The notes under the pieces: generated by a model | Databases searched by the model: none | Seen by the model: the letters and a program-made list of their open reading frames with translations, nothing else | Told to the model about the DNA's origin: nothing | Position numbers and translations under genes: made by a program | Source: a bacterium | GTDB lineage: Bacteria > Patescibacteriota > Dojkabacteria > JAKAPS01 > JAJZLI01 | Length of the DNA: 64,000 nucleotides | Assembly (NCBI GenBank): GCA_021846685.1 | Contig: JAJZWL010000001.1 | Span: 387 to 64,386, forward strand | Direction: 5' to 3' | Shown here: piece after piece, positions 49,813 to 59,795 of the stretch | How the letters are laid out: the number at the start of each line of letters is the position of its first letter | Numbering within the stretch: the stretch's first letter is position 1

Positions 49813-50065
49813 TAATTTGAGGTATCTGACTATTCATATTATAAATAAATTTTTTAGAGATTTTATTATATAAGAGTTTGTAACTTTTGACATTAACATA
49901 GGTAGTAGTAGGTGCTAAGGTAACATTGCTTTCGTGAGATGTGAAAAGTGTAATTATAAATATATTCAAAACTAGAATAATAATAATTATTATTATCTCT
50001 ATTATTTCAATAGGGTGTTTCTCAAATAATCCTTCTTTTTTTATTTTATTTTTTTTATTTGTCAT
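49793..50065 (-). CDS. Small single-TM protein in the pil operon (PilP position)
   Basis: One TM; overlaps both neighbours. Confidence 0.6.
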   Translation of the reverse strand: MTNKKNKIKKEGLFEKHPIEIIEIIIIIIILVLNIFIITLFTSHESNVTLAPTTTYVNVKSYKLLYNKISKKFIYNMNSQIPQINAKNIF

Positions 50066-50625
50066 TGTATATATAAGTTTAAAGTTATGGATGCATTTAT
50101 AAGTCCTGCTGCTCCTCCTTTTTGCGAAGTTAGATTAATCAAATTGATATTTGAAAAGTAGTAAGAATTTTCCAACATACGGATATAATTTAGGATTCCT
50201 GCAAAATTCCCAGTAACATTTAAGCTGACAGGGAGAATTTTCCCAGAAGAAGAGGTAGTAGAAGAAGTTCCACTCCCTATTTGTATAGACTTGGTATAAA
50301 CTGTAGCCGATCCAAAAGCTATAATTGCTTTTATTCCTGTGAGATTCGCAATAATATTTTCTTGATTTACCCAATTTGTAATTGAATTTTGAGAGATTAA
50401 AGTATTATATAGGAAATTAACCTTTTTGGTATATTGCTGTTTTTGATAAAGTAGAGTTTGCTCTTCTAAGTTTTTTTGCTTTAATGTTGATAATGTTGTA
50501 TTTAAGGTACTTTTAGTTATTCTAGTTTGATAATATAAATTATATGTAAAATACAAACAGTATACTATTACTATTGTTAGTATTGTATATATTATGTAGT
50601 TTTTATATTCTTTAATTTTATTCAT
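50062..50625 (-). CDS. pilO: PilO-like alignment protein
   Basis: TM, coiled coil, VTGNFAGILNYIRMLEN. Confidence 0.7.
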   Translation of the reverse strand: MNKIKEYKNYIIYTILTIVIVYCLYFTYNLYYQTRITKSTLNTTLSTLKQKNLEEQTLLYQKQQYTKKVNFLYNTLISQNSITNWVNQENIIANLTGIKAIIAFGSATVYTKSIQIGSGTSSTTSSSGKILPVSLNVTGNFAGILNYIRMLENSYYFSNINLINLTSQKGGAAGLINASITLNLYIQ

Positions 50626-52210
50626 TATAGTTAAAAAGTATGGTAAATCCTGGATTTACAGTATTCTCGAAATTTGAAATAGGCATGTTTAATTTAGAAA
50701 AATCAGAAGCTGAATGTATATTATTTTCTAGCTGTATTATTTGTGATTGTGTCTGTGCATTACCCTCTATTCTTATTTGCCATACAGCCTGAGACCCTTT
50801 GCCTATATTCTGTATATCTAGATTATTAAGATATACTCCGTTTGGAACAAGATTTGATATTTGTTCTATGACATAAGACCATTTATTTTGTGCCTTATAT
50901 GTATTTGTTAATGTAGAAAGGTTTGAGTTCATGGTATTTATAGTTGACGAAACACCTTTATATTTAGGGTTATTGAGCTGTGACTGATAAAAACTTATTT
51001 GATGATTTATTCCTGATATCTCTATGTTGTTAGTTATTGATAAAAAGACAAATATAATTGACAGTAAAAGTGTGTTGAATAGAAGTATCTTTAATGTAGA
51101 TAATCCAAATTTCAAGAAATAAGATTCAATAGTTTTTACTTTTTGTTTTTTTGGAAGTAAATTTATATATGTTGAAGATGAAATTTTATTTAAAAGTTCT
51201 ATTCCTATTATTGGTATATATGGTGAAATTTGTTGATGTTTTTCCCATTGCAATATTGGATAAATTTTAATATTAATCTTTGCTTTTTCAACAGAAACTT
51301 TGCTCATTTCTTGAATTTTTTCTAAAACTCCGTCAATAGAAGCTGTTTCTCCATAAATATATATTTTTTTTATTCTGTCTTCGCCATAAAAATTCAAAGA
51401 TTTTTTTAATTCTTGGTCTACTTGTACAAAAAGGCTTTCTATATGTTTGCTAAATTCAATATCTTTACTTTTTATTCCATTTTTCAATAAATATTCCTCG
51501 ATTTTTTCATCATTAAGTTTTAAGTATTCACCTACAGTCTTGGTAATTTGATTTAATCCAAAGTAAAAAGAAGTGGAAAATTGAATGGCATCCTTTTTAT
51601 TAATAGCAATGTTGGTAATACTTTTTCCCATATCTAAAAGCAAATAATCATCATTTTCTGTATTTAGAGTTATAGCCCTGAGAGCAGATTGAGCTCTTGA
51701 TTCAAACATTAAGGGGACTATTTTTGCAAGTTTTAAAGTTTCTGTAAAAGAATCCGCACTCTCTTTAGCTACAGCTGTAACTATGACTTCATAATTTTGA
51801 TCATCTTCGGACAGTACATCATAAGTCCAATATATCTCTTCTTCTTTCATTGGTATTAGTGTTGGAAGTTGAAATTGAATTGCTTTTTCTATTTTTTTAA
51901 ATTCTACTTTAGGAATTTTTACAATTTGGGAGTATATCTGGTCATCTGGAAGTATAACTACTGCAAAATGAGTTTTAATTTTTTTAGGATTTTTTTTAGA
52001 AATAATTATTTTTAACTTTTCTATAACAGCATCGGGTTGCCTTATTATTCCAGCAATAAAGGTAGAAGCAGGAAGTTCTTCTTCTCCTATATTTACTAAT
52101 GTGTAATGGTCTTTCTTTTTTTTAAATTCTGCAACCTTAACAGAACCAGAAGAGATATCTATACCAAAGACTTCTTCTCTTTTTATTATATTTTTGAGCA
52201 GACTTTCCAT
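50618..52210 (-). CDS. pilM: PilM-PilN fusion protein
   Basis: FGIDISSGSVK actin-like domain, then INLLP, TM and VPNGVYLNNL...IEGNA. Confidence 0.85.
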   Translation of the reverse strand: MESLLKNIIKREEVFGIDISSGSVKVAEFKKKKDHYTLVNIGEEELPASTFIAGIIRQPDAVIEKLKIIISKKNPKKIKTHFAVVILPDDQIYSQIVKIPKVEFKKIEKAIQFQLPTLIPMKEEEIYWTYDVLSEDDQNYEVIVTAVAKESADSFTETLKLAKIVPLMFESRAQSALRAITLNTENDDYLLLDMGKSITNIAINKKDAIQFSTSFYFGLNQITKTVGEYLKLNDEKIEEYLLKNGIKSKDIEFSKHIESLFVQVDQELKKSLNFYGEDRIKKIYIYGETASIDGVLEKIQEMSKVSVEKAKINIKIYPILQWEKHQQISPYIPIIGIELLNKISSSTYINLLPKKQKVKTIESYFLKFGLSTLKILLFNTLLLSIIFVFLSITNNIEISGINHQISFYQSQLNNPKYKGVSSTINTMNSNLSTLTNTYKAQNKWSYVIEQISNLVPNGVYLNNLDIQNIGKGSQAVWQIRIEGNAQTQSQIIQLENNIHSASDFSKLNMPISNFENTVNPGFTILFNYNE

Positions 52211-52251
52211 ATATCTATATATTACATTATTTTTACATTTTAGTTAACGTC

Positions 52252-53685
52252 TTAATTTATTTCATTCCAGGAAAGTATTTTTGTTGTTCCTGTTGTAAAG
52301 TTAAATCCTGTAGTTTCTTTTATTATAGTTGGATCTAGAGTGATCTGTGTCCCTGGTATGTAATTATAATCATTATAATATAAGTTATTTATCTTAATCT
52401 TTCCTCCTGCCCAAATAGCTCCATTTACATTTATTGTTCCTGTACCATCTCCAGGTGTTATATCTGACGAAGAATCTATATCATCATTTATCGATATATT
52501 TCCAGGTGAAAAAATAATTCCTGTTACATTAAAAGTTAAATTTGATCCATTTTCTCCTATAAATATTCCCTGATTTCCTGCAATTAATGCTGGTAAATAC
52601 TTTCCTGTAGAAGGTGAGTAAGGTGAAGTATCTATAAAACTAGCATTTGTAGATAATTTATTCTTTACAAAAAGGGAGGAATTTGTAAAATTATACGTTA
52701 TTGGGTTTCCACCACTATCTGTACTAGGGAGATTTAGTCCATTAGCATTAATATAGTATATTCCTGCAGGCGGTTTGATAGTATCGACTCCTGAAGAAAT
52801 AGTAGAATAATTATTTAAATAAGATATAAAACTAGGTTGGCTACTAAAGTAAGTTCCATTTGTCTTTGCAAGTGTAATCCATTGAGCAAAAGGAAATGTA
52901 GGTAAATTAATTGAAGGTGGGGGTGAAAGAGCTACTTCAGAACCTATTGTAGAATTAGAGATAAAGCAAGAAGCAGAGCCTCCTATTGTATTTGCACAAC
53001 TTAATTCTCCTGCAAGGTTAGAGGAGTATATCCAGCTAAATAAAAAACTTGAGTTTAAATTTACGATTGATGATGTATTTGTATCGTTTACTTGATAGAA
53101 ATAATTTCCAAATCCACCTCCATTACCTACTGCATTTACGTTTGTGGAATTAAAATTTACCTGATAAAGTTGAAGCTCGTTATTTGATTGTACATTTCCT
53201 TGTGTTTGAAACCATTCTCCATAAATAGTGTTATTTGCAAAAAGTGCATAATTTAATATTGCAGGATTTTGCCCTAATTGTATAACTACTTTTAGACTTC
53301 TTTGGATTTCTATTTTTGTAGTACTTCCAGTTTGGTATGATTGTGCTGTAGAAACTAATGTCGCTTGTTCTGGGGACACAGAAGTGTTGTATGTGACACT
53401 TACTGAGTCGGTAGCATTTATTTGTGTATCAATAGGGGATGTGAATGTGCCACCAGTATAACTTGTTCCTGTTTGTCCAATTTGTAGCATAGCATTCTCT
53501 ATTCCTGATTCTGCCAAGTACTTTACTTGAGAATCTAATATATCATTTTGAGATAATTGATACTCAGAAGTTGCTATTGATAGGATTGTTGTCATTACAG
53601 TCAAAAGTACTGCAGTAAGAACTATAATAGCTATTATAGCTGCTTGTCCTTTATTATTGTCTTCTTTGTGTTGCTGTTGTTTCAT
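52252..53685 (-). CDS. PilX-like minor pilin with a large beta-rich domain
   Basis: KG/QAAII, YLAESGIE, terminal ILSWNE. Confidence 0.8.
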   Translation of the reverse strand: MKQQQHKEDNNKGQAAIIAIIVLTAVLLTVMTTILSIATSEYQLSQNDILDSQVKYLAESGIENAMLQIGQTGTSYTGGTFTSPIDTQINATDSVSVTYNTSVSPEQATLVSTAQSYQTGSTTKIEIQRSLKVVIQLGQNPAILNYALFANNTIYGEWFQTQGNVQSNNELQLYQVNFNSTNVNAVGNGGGFGNYFYQVNDTNTSSIVNLNSSFLFSWIYSSNLAGELSCANTIGGSASCFISNSTIGSEVALSPPPSINLPTFPFAQWITLAKTNGTYFSSQPSFISYLNNYSTISSGVDTIKPPAGIYYINANGLNLPSTDSGGNPITYNFTNSSLFVKNKLSTNASFIDTSPYSPSTGKYLPALIAGNQGIFIGENGSNLTFNVTGIIFSPGNISINDDIDSSSDITPGDGTGTINVNGAIWAGGKIKINNLYYNDYNYIPGTQITLDPTIIKETTGFNFTTGTTKILSWNEIN

Positions 53686-54154
53686 ATGTTTTTTTAGTTA
53701 TAATACCACTTGTTCCTACATTAGATTCTGTAATTGTAATAAATACTGTAGGAGAAAGCCCCGTATTAGCTTCTTCTTTAAATGAAATATTGTAAGTATA
53801 GATGTTTGATGATGATATTTGAGTTGGTGTATTTGTATTATTTTGTGAATATATAGTTCCTCCCGATGAATAGTAAGTTACTTTATTTCCTCCTGTATCT
53901 GTTTGTATGACAAGCTTGTTAGTAGTTGTGTTTGTAGGATTTGGAGTCAAGACTTGATAAGCGTCCTCTATTGATTGTGTCATAGTTTTCATACTTATTC
54001 TTACGGTGTCATTTGAATTGGCAATTGTTGTTATTTTATTCTGGGTAGATATTAAGTCTATAAGTATAGTAGTTGTAACTATGATTATTAATCCTAATAT
54101 TAGTACATAAAGGATTGTTTCTATTAATGTTTGACCTCTATTACCCATATTCAT
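53654..54154 (-). CDS. Minor pilin (PilW-like)
   Basis: RG/QTLIETILY. Confidence 0.8.
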   Translation of the reverse strand: MNMGNRGQTLIETILYVLILGLIIIVTTTILIDLISTQNKITTIANSNDTVRISMKTMTQSIEDAYQVLTPNPTNTTTNKLVIQTDTGGNKVTYYSSGGTIYSQNNTNTPTQISSSNIYTYNISFKEEANTGLSPTVFITITESNVGTSGIITKKTYETTATQRRQ

Positions 54155-54155
54155 A

Positions 54156-54653
54156 TTAAAAAGCTTGCCAATTAGTTAAATATTCTGTCTCAGAATAAGA
54201 AAAATTCTGACCATAAGATGTAAAGGTTACATTTGCAGTAACCTCCATTGAATTAGGATCTACTGGAGATGTAGTATTCGTGGTAAAAGTATTTGAATTT
54301 GATCTATAAGCAGGAGCAATTTGAATATCTATTGTATACTCATTATAAGTTTCTTTTCCTGGGACAAGTACCCAACCTTGTAGTATATGAGGAGGGGTAT
54401 TTGTAGGATTATATTGAAGATAATATGTTCCTGCTAAAGTCAGATCTGACCAAGATTGATTCTGGACAGCATAGAGGCTTTCTATTTGTTGCTGTAGTAG
54501 ATATTTTGCTTCTAATTTTTGTTTTGAAATTTCTATAGATTTGTATACTAGTTGTACTGCAAATAGAGAAGATCCAAATACTATAGCAATAATAGTTATT
54601 GTTAATAGTAGTTCTATAAATGCTTGTCCTTTGTTATTAATATACTGCTCCAT
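54156..54653 (-). CDS. Minor pilin (PilV-like)
   Basis: KG/QAFIELLL, terminal YLTNW. Confidence 0.8.
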   Translation of the reverse strand: MEQYINNKGQAFIELLLTITIIAIVFGSSLFAVQLVYKSIEISKQKLEAKYLLQQQIESLYAVQNQSWSDLTLAGTYYLQYNPTNTPPHILQGWVLVPGKETYNEYTIDIQIAPAYRSNSNTFTTNTTSPVDPNSMEVTANVTFTSYGQNFSYSETEYLTNWQAF

Positions 54654-55089
54654 TATTATTAATATTCATTACGATAAAATAAGAAGGATTTCCTATATCA
54701 AAGGATACCCCAGTATTTGTTAGTTGTCCATTTACGGAATTAAATATAATAGGATTATTATCTGCTGGTGAAAGGTTATAAAGTGTTACTTCTGGGGGAA
54801 AGTAGTAAGTGTCATTCAAGCTGTTAGTTGAAGAGTAGCTTCCTCCTGGAAAGATTGTAATTTGATTACTTTGAAACTCAATCCCATATTGGCTATATCC
54901 GTCTAAATTATTCATTGCATTGTCTTGAGCTTTTTTTACAATTGAATATATCATTTGATTGGAAGAGTCTACATTTATATGAGACATTAGAGATAAATAT
55001 GAAAATCCTATCATGAGAGCAAGTATTCCCAATATGGTTATGACTATTAAAATTTCAATTAAGGTAAAACCTTTATTTTGTTGGTACAT
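54637..55089 (-). CDS. Minor pilin (FimT/GspH-like)
   Basis: KG/FTLIEILIV, IIFNSVNG; start taken at ATG 55089. Confidence 0.82.
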   Translation of the reverse strand: MYQQNKGFTLIEILIVITILGILALMIGFSYLSLMSHINVDSSNQMIYSIVKKAQDNAMNNLDGYSQYGIEFQSNQITIFPGGSYSSTNSLNDTYYFPPEVTLYNLSPADNNPIIFNSVNGQLTNTGVSFDIGNPSYFIVMNINNNGAVY

Positions 55090-56329
55090 TTCCTCCGGCT
55101 CCACTTGCGGCTGAAGTACCAGCTGTTTTTCCGATACTTCCAGTCATTTGATATATAGGCATTATTACAGAAAGTGCTATAAGCAAAACTCCTCCTCCCA
55201 TTACGAACAGCATAAGCGGTTCTATTATTACAGAAAGGTTTGCAAGTGTATCATCTACTTGATTTTGATAGAATTCACTAACAGAAAGAAGCATTTCTGA
55301 GGTATTTCCTGTTTTATCTCCAACTGCAATCATTCTTGTGGCTAGATTAGGAAAGAGTTTCGGATATTTAGATAATGTAGGAGATATTTGATCTCCTTTT
55401 TCAACATTCCGTTCTAACTCATCGATTATTTTTTTGTAAGCTTCATTTGAAACTGTATCTCTTACTATTGTTATAGATTGATTTATAGGAATCCCACTTT
55501 TCAAGAGATTTCCTAGTGTTCTTGCAAAATTTATAATATTTATTTTTTTTATTATGTCTCCAATAATAGGGATTTTTATAGAGATCACATTCCAAATATA
55601 TTTTGCCTGAGGAAGTTTTAAGAGAGCTCTGGCAGCTATTATTAGAATGATAACTACTATTAAAACTTCTACTCCATATCCTGTTAGTATGTTAGATACA
55701 TCTATCATTATTTGAGTAGGTAAAGGTAGTGTCATTCCACTTCCTTTAAACATTGTATTTAATTGAGGAAAAACAAAAATAATAAGGCCAATACTTACAA
55801 CAAGCATGATACTCATTATTATTACTGGATACATCATAGCGCTTTTTACTTTTTTTCTGAGTTCATAACTTTTTTGTACTTGGTCTTTGATAAGATTTGT
55901 ATTCTCTGCAATGCTTCCACTTGTTTCTCCTATCTCCATCATTTTTATTATTAATGGTGAAAATATCTTGGGATATTTTTTCATAGAGTCTGAGAGTTTA
56001 TTTCCAGATTCAACATTATATTTAAGATCCTCTATTACTTGTTTAAATATTTTTGTTTCAGCATCTTGTACCAAGGAGTCTAGAGTTTCAGATAAAGAGA
56101 GTCCTGCATTAAGCATTTTTCCCATATGGTCAAAAAAAAGTAATTTTTCTACTAATTTAACACTTCCTTTAGATGCATTTTTAACTTTAGCTTTCTCTTC
56201 ATCTATAGAAAGTATAGTTAGACCATCTGATCGAATAATCTCTAAGGCCTCATCTTTTCCTCCTGCGCTAACAGATCCATTTTTAATATTTCCTTCTTGA
56301 TCTGTAGCTTCATAAATAAACTCTGACAT
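55073..56329 (-). CDS. pilC: Type IV pilus platform protein PilC (GspF family)
   Basis: GETSG, AMMYP, LPLPT, IEP, MPIY. Confidence 0.93.
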   Translation of the reverse strand: MSEFIYEATDQEGNIKNGSVSAGGKDEALEIIRSDGLTILSIDEEKAKVKNASKGSVKLVEKLLFFDHMGKMLNAGLSLSETLDSLVQDAETKIFKQVIEDLKYNVESGNKLSDSMKKYPKIFSPLIIKMMEIGETSGSIAENTNLIKDQVQKSYELRKKVKSAMMYPVIIMSIMLVVSIGLIIFVFPQLNTMFKGSGMTLPLPTQIMIDVSNILTGYGVEVLIVVIILIIAARALLKLPQAKYIWNVISIKIPIIGDIIKKINIINFARTLGNLLKSGIPINQSITIVRDTVSNEAYKKIIDELERNVEKGDQISPTLSKYPKLFPNLATRMIAVGDKTGNTSEMLLSVSEFYQNQVDDTLANLSVIIEPLMLFVMGGGVLLIALSVIMPIYQMTGSIGKTAGTSAASGAGGNVPTK

Positions 56330-56395
56330 ATATAAAATATATCTATTTTATGTAACAAAAGCAAGGAGTATATAATTTATGATATAATTTGTGCT

Positions 56396-57052
56396 ATGGA
56401 AAATAAAGGAAAAAGTACACCTGAAGATGAGTTGTTATTAATTGAAGTAACAAGACTAAGAGAAGAGAATGACTCATTAAGACGTGAGCTTAAAAGGGTG
56501 ACTGAATTATACGATTTAAGTCAACAAGGTATAAGAGGCACTCAAAATCAAATTTTTGAAAAGCAACTTGAAAGATTGAGGCGTGATAATCAAATTGATA
56601 AAATGACCGGTGTTTTTAATAACAATTATATTGAAGATACTGAAGTAAAAAAGAAATTAGAAGCTTTATCTAGAGAGGGTATACTTTTTGGAATTATTTT
56701 TTTAGATTTAAATGACTTAAAGGTAATTAATGATAGTAAAGGTCATGGTGAAGGGGATCAATATATTAAATTTGCTGCACAGTCTTTATTAGGAGCTGTT
56801 TCCTCTAGAGATATTGTTGTAAGAAAGGGGGGTGATGAATTCATAGTTATAGTCAATGCATTGGATTCTACTACAGCAGGAGATATTTTGGTTGTTATTG
56901 AAAATAGAGTAAAAAATTCTCTTTTAGAAAAAAATGTAAAGGCCTCTTTAGGGGTTGCTCTATCTGCAGATTGTGATCATAATGTACAAGAGACTATAAA
57001 TTTAGCAGATCAAAGAATGTATGCAGAAAAAAGGAAATCTAAGAAAAAATAA
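56396..57052 (+). CDS. Diguanylate cyclase (coiled coil plus GGDEF)
   Basis: DKMTGVFN, DLNDLKVINDSKGH, RKGGDEF, ADQRMY. Confidence 0.92.
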   Translation: MENKGKSTPEDELLLIEVTRLREENDSLRRELKRVTELYDLSQQGIRGTQNQIFEKQLERLRRDNQIDKMTGVFNNNYIEDTEVKKKLEALSREGILFGIIFLDLNDLKVINDSKGHGEGDQYIKFAAQSLLGAVSSRDIVVRKGGDEFIVIVNALDSTTAGDILVVIENRVKNSLLEKNVKASLGVALSADCDHNVQETINLADQRMYAEKRKSKKK

Positions 57053-58277
57053 GAGAGTAGTAATTTTAGGAGGAGGTTTTGGAGGAGTAAATTTATATAA
57101 AAATCTTCATGCACTAATGCATAATGAAGGCGATAATCTTGAGTTTATAATCATTTCAGATAATAATTATTTTTTATTTACTCCTTTGTTGCATGAAGTT
57201 GCAACAGGAAGTTTATCTCCAGGGGATATAACTTCGGCATTGCGTGAAAATTTTTCATGTTGTATAAGAGAGATAATTTTAGAAAAAGTAATTTCCATTG
57301 ATGCATATAAGAAAAAAATAGTTCTTAAAAACGAAAGTATATCTTTTGATTATTTAGTAATAGCAACTGGTGCTTCAGTTAATTTTTGGGGAATTGAGGG
57401 TGCCGAAAGATATGCTATTCCTCTGAAAGATATAAAAGATGCAATAAAATTAAAAAATCAGATAATTTCAACTTTTGAATTAGCAAATGAATTAAAAAAG
57501 AAGACTATTAAGATAGTTCTGGTAGGGGGAGGCGCTACTGGAATAGAGTTAGCTGTTGAAATTTTCGAATTTGGGCAAGAGATGAAGCCTTTTTATGAAA
57601 ATTTAAAGGTAGAAGATACAAGGATAATAGTCGAAGTATTAAATTCTTCAGAAGAAATAGTTCCTGGTTTTTCTCAAAAAGTCAGGAATAAAATAATGAC
57701 AACACTCTCAAAGGAAGGAAGTGATATATTTATTAAAACAGATTCAAATGTAAAAAAAGTAAATGAGAAAGAGGTTATTTTGTCAGATGGAAAGAAAGTT
57801 AACTATGATGTATTAGTTTGGTCAGCAGGGGTTAAACCCAATACGCCAGAAATAAATATAGATTCTGTAAAAAACACAGAAAAAATAAAAGTAAATAAAT
57901 TTTTTAATATAGAGCCTTTTAAGAATATATTCTCTATTGGAGATGTTTCTGAATTTACTGATTATAATGGAAAATCATTGCCTCAGTTAGCTCAGGTTGC
58001 AACAGAGGAATCTAAAATATGTGCAGAAAATATTTATAGACTATATAAAAATAAAGACTTTATCCCTTTTGAGTATAAAGAAAAGGGTTTATTGTTATCA
58101 TTAGGTAGGAATAATGCAATAGTATCTATAAATACGATTGTGCTTACAGGAAAAACAGCTTGGATACTTTGGAAATTTATATACCTAGCTTTAATGTATG
58201 GGAGAGGATCTAGAATAAGGCTTGTTTTAAAATGGATTTTAAATAGTATTTCAAAAAGAGATATCTCCAGAATTTAA
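57021..58277 (+). CDS. ndh: Type II NADH dehydrogenase-like flavoprotein
   Basis: GGGFGG, FTPLLHEVATG, GGGATGIELA, PQLAQVA. Confidence 0.88.
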   Translation: MQKKGNLRKNKRVVILGGGFGGVNLYKNLHALMHNEGDNLEFIIISDNNYFLFTPLLHEVATGSLSPGDITSALRENFSCCIREIILEKVISIDAYKKKIVLKNESISFDYLVIATGASVNFWGIEGAERYAIPLKDIKDAIKLKNQIISTFELANELKKKTIKIVLVGGGATGIELAVEIFEFGQEMKPFYENLKVEDTRIIVEVLNSSEEIVPGFSQKVRNKIMTTLSKEGSDIFIKTDSNVKKVNEKEVILSDGKKVNYDVLVWSAGVKPNTPEINIDSVKNTEKIKVNKFFNIEPFKNIFSIGDVSEFTDYNGKSLPQLAQVATEESKICAENIYRLYKNKDFIPFEYKEKGLLLSLGRNNAIVSINTIVLTGKTAWILWKFIYLALMYGRGSRIRLVLKWILNSISKRDISRI

Positions 58278-58367
58278 CACTCATATATAATAAATTGTAG
58301 TTGATATTATATAGTGATACACCAAATATAGTTTGCAAAATTTTCTGTTTTAGTATTTAATATTAAT

Positions 58368-59792
58368 ATGGATGATAATCTTATTCGAAAAACATTAGAT
58401 TTTTATAATCCTTTTTGGAGAAATCGTTCATATCTAAATGATATACCTTTGCTTAGGAGAGATGTATATGATGAAGTATTTCAGTCGGTAAAAGATATTA
58501 AGCAGATTATATCTATAACTGGACCAAGAAGAGTAGGGAAAACTACAATGTTGCGTCAAATTATAGCTGATCTTATTGAAGAATCTAATATAGATCCTCT
58601 TCAAATTTTATATATATCTATGGATGATCCATATATTTATTCAAATTCTTCAGATTCTATTTTTTTTGATAGATTAATAGAAGTATATGAAAAATATATT
58701 TTAAGAGAAAAAATTGGAGAAAAAAAGATCTATTTTCTTATAGATGAAATACATAAATTTAAAGATTGGCAATTATTTTTAAAAAAATACTATGACAGAG
58801 GTATTAATATAAAATTTGTTATTTCAGGATCAGTAGAGCAATCTATATTAGGAAAAAGTAAAGAATCTTTAGCAGGGAGAATTAAAAATTTCAAGATATA
58901 TACATTTTCTTTTTATGAATATATTTTTTATAAACTTTCATTTGATGATAAAGTAGATATTGCAAAGAAAGAAATATTGTTAAAATTGATTTTTAAGATA
59001 CATGAATTTAAATTGCATATTTTTTCAAATCCATTAGTTTTTTTCAATGAACTCTCAGAAGTACTCCCAGATTTTATTTTCTACGAAGATGAGGTTTTTA
59101 CATATTTTTATGAATATTTAATAATTGGAGGGTTTATAGAGAGCTGGAGTATGGAAGGTTCAGATATGCAATATGAATATCTATATCAGACTCAAATAGA
59201 AAAAGTTCTTTTGCAGGATATATACATACTTGAAGATATCAAGAATACAAAAACATTAGCAACTTTATTTTTTAAATTTTCCGAAAATTTTTCTTCAGAA
59301 TATAGTTTAAATTCTTTAGTAAAGGACATGGGTGTTCATAGAGATACAATAGAAAGATACATTTCTCTTCTCAAAGATTCAAACTTAATATTTACCCTTT
59401 CTAAATATGGAGAAAATGCTAATAAAATATCTAATATTAAGATTTTCTTAGTAGATATAGGTATTAGGAATAGTATTTTAAAAATTAAAGAAGAAGAAAT
59501 TATTGGCAATAAAGTTTTATTTTTTAAATACATTGAGAATCTGTCGATGTTATCCTTAATTAGGTATTCTTCAGCTCTTTCTATTAATTATTATAGAGAA
59601 AGAGATAAAGAGATAAATTTTATACTTAATTATTCATCTAAAAAAATAGCTATAAATATCTCTGAAAGAAAAAAGAATGTATTTGAAAAATTTAAATTTG
59701 ACTATATATTTAATCTTTTAGATACAACTGAAATTTATAAGGATGAAAATGTTATATCTATTCCATATATTCTATTTTTACTTGTATTATAA
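58368..59792 (+). CDS. AAA_14 ATPase with DUF4143, degenerate nuclease tail
   Basis: GPRRVGKTT, IDEIH, SLAGR, KIFLVDIGIRN. Confidence 0.88.
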   Translation: MDDNLIRKTLDFYNPFWRNRSYLNDIPLLRRDVYDEVFQSVKDIKQIISITGPRRVGKTTMLRQIIADLIEESNIDPLQILYISMDDPYIYSNSSDSIFFDRLIEVYEKYILREKIGEKKIYFLIDEIHKFKDWQLFLKKYYDRGINIKFVISGSVEQSILGKSKESLAGRIKNFKIYTFSFYEYIFYKLSFDDKVDIAKKEILLKLIFKIHEFKLHIFSNPLVFFNELSEVLPDFIFYEDEVFTYFYEYLIIGGFIESWSMEGSDMQYEYLYQTQIEKVLLQDIYILEDIKNTKTLATLFFKFSENFSSEYSLNSLVKDMGVHRDTIERYISLLKDSNLIFTLSKYGENANKISNIKIFLVDIGIRNSILKIKEEEIIGNKVLFFKYIENLSMLSLIRYSSALSINYYRERDKEINFILNYSSKKIAINISERKKNVFEKFKFDYIFNLLDTTEIYKDENVISIPYILFLLVL

Positions 59793-59795
59793 TAT

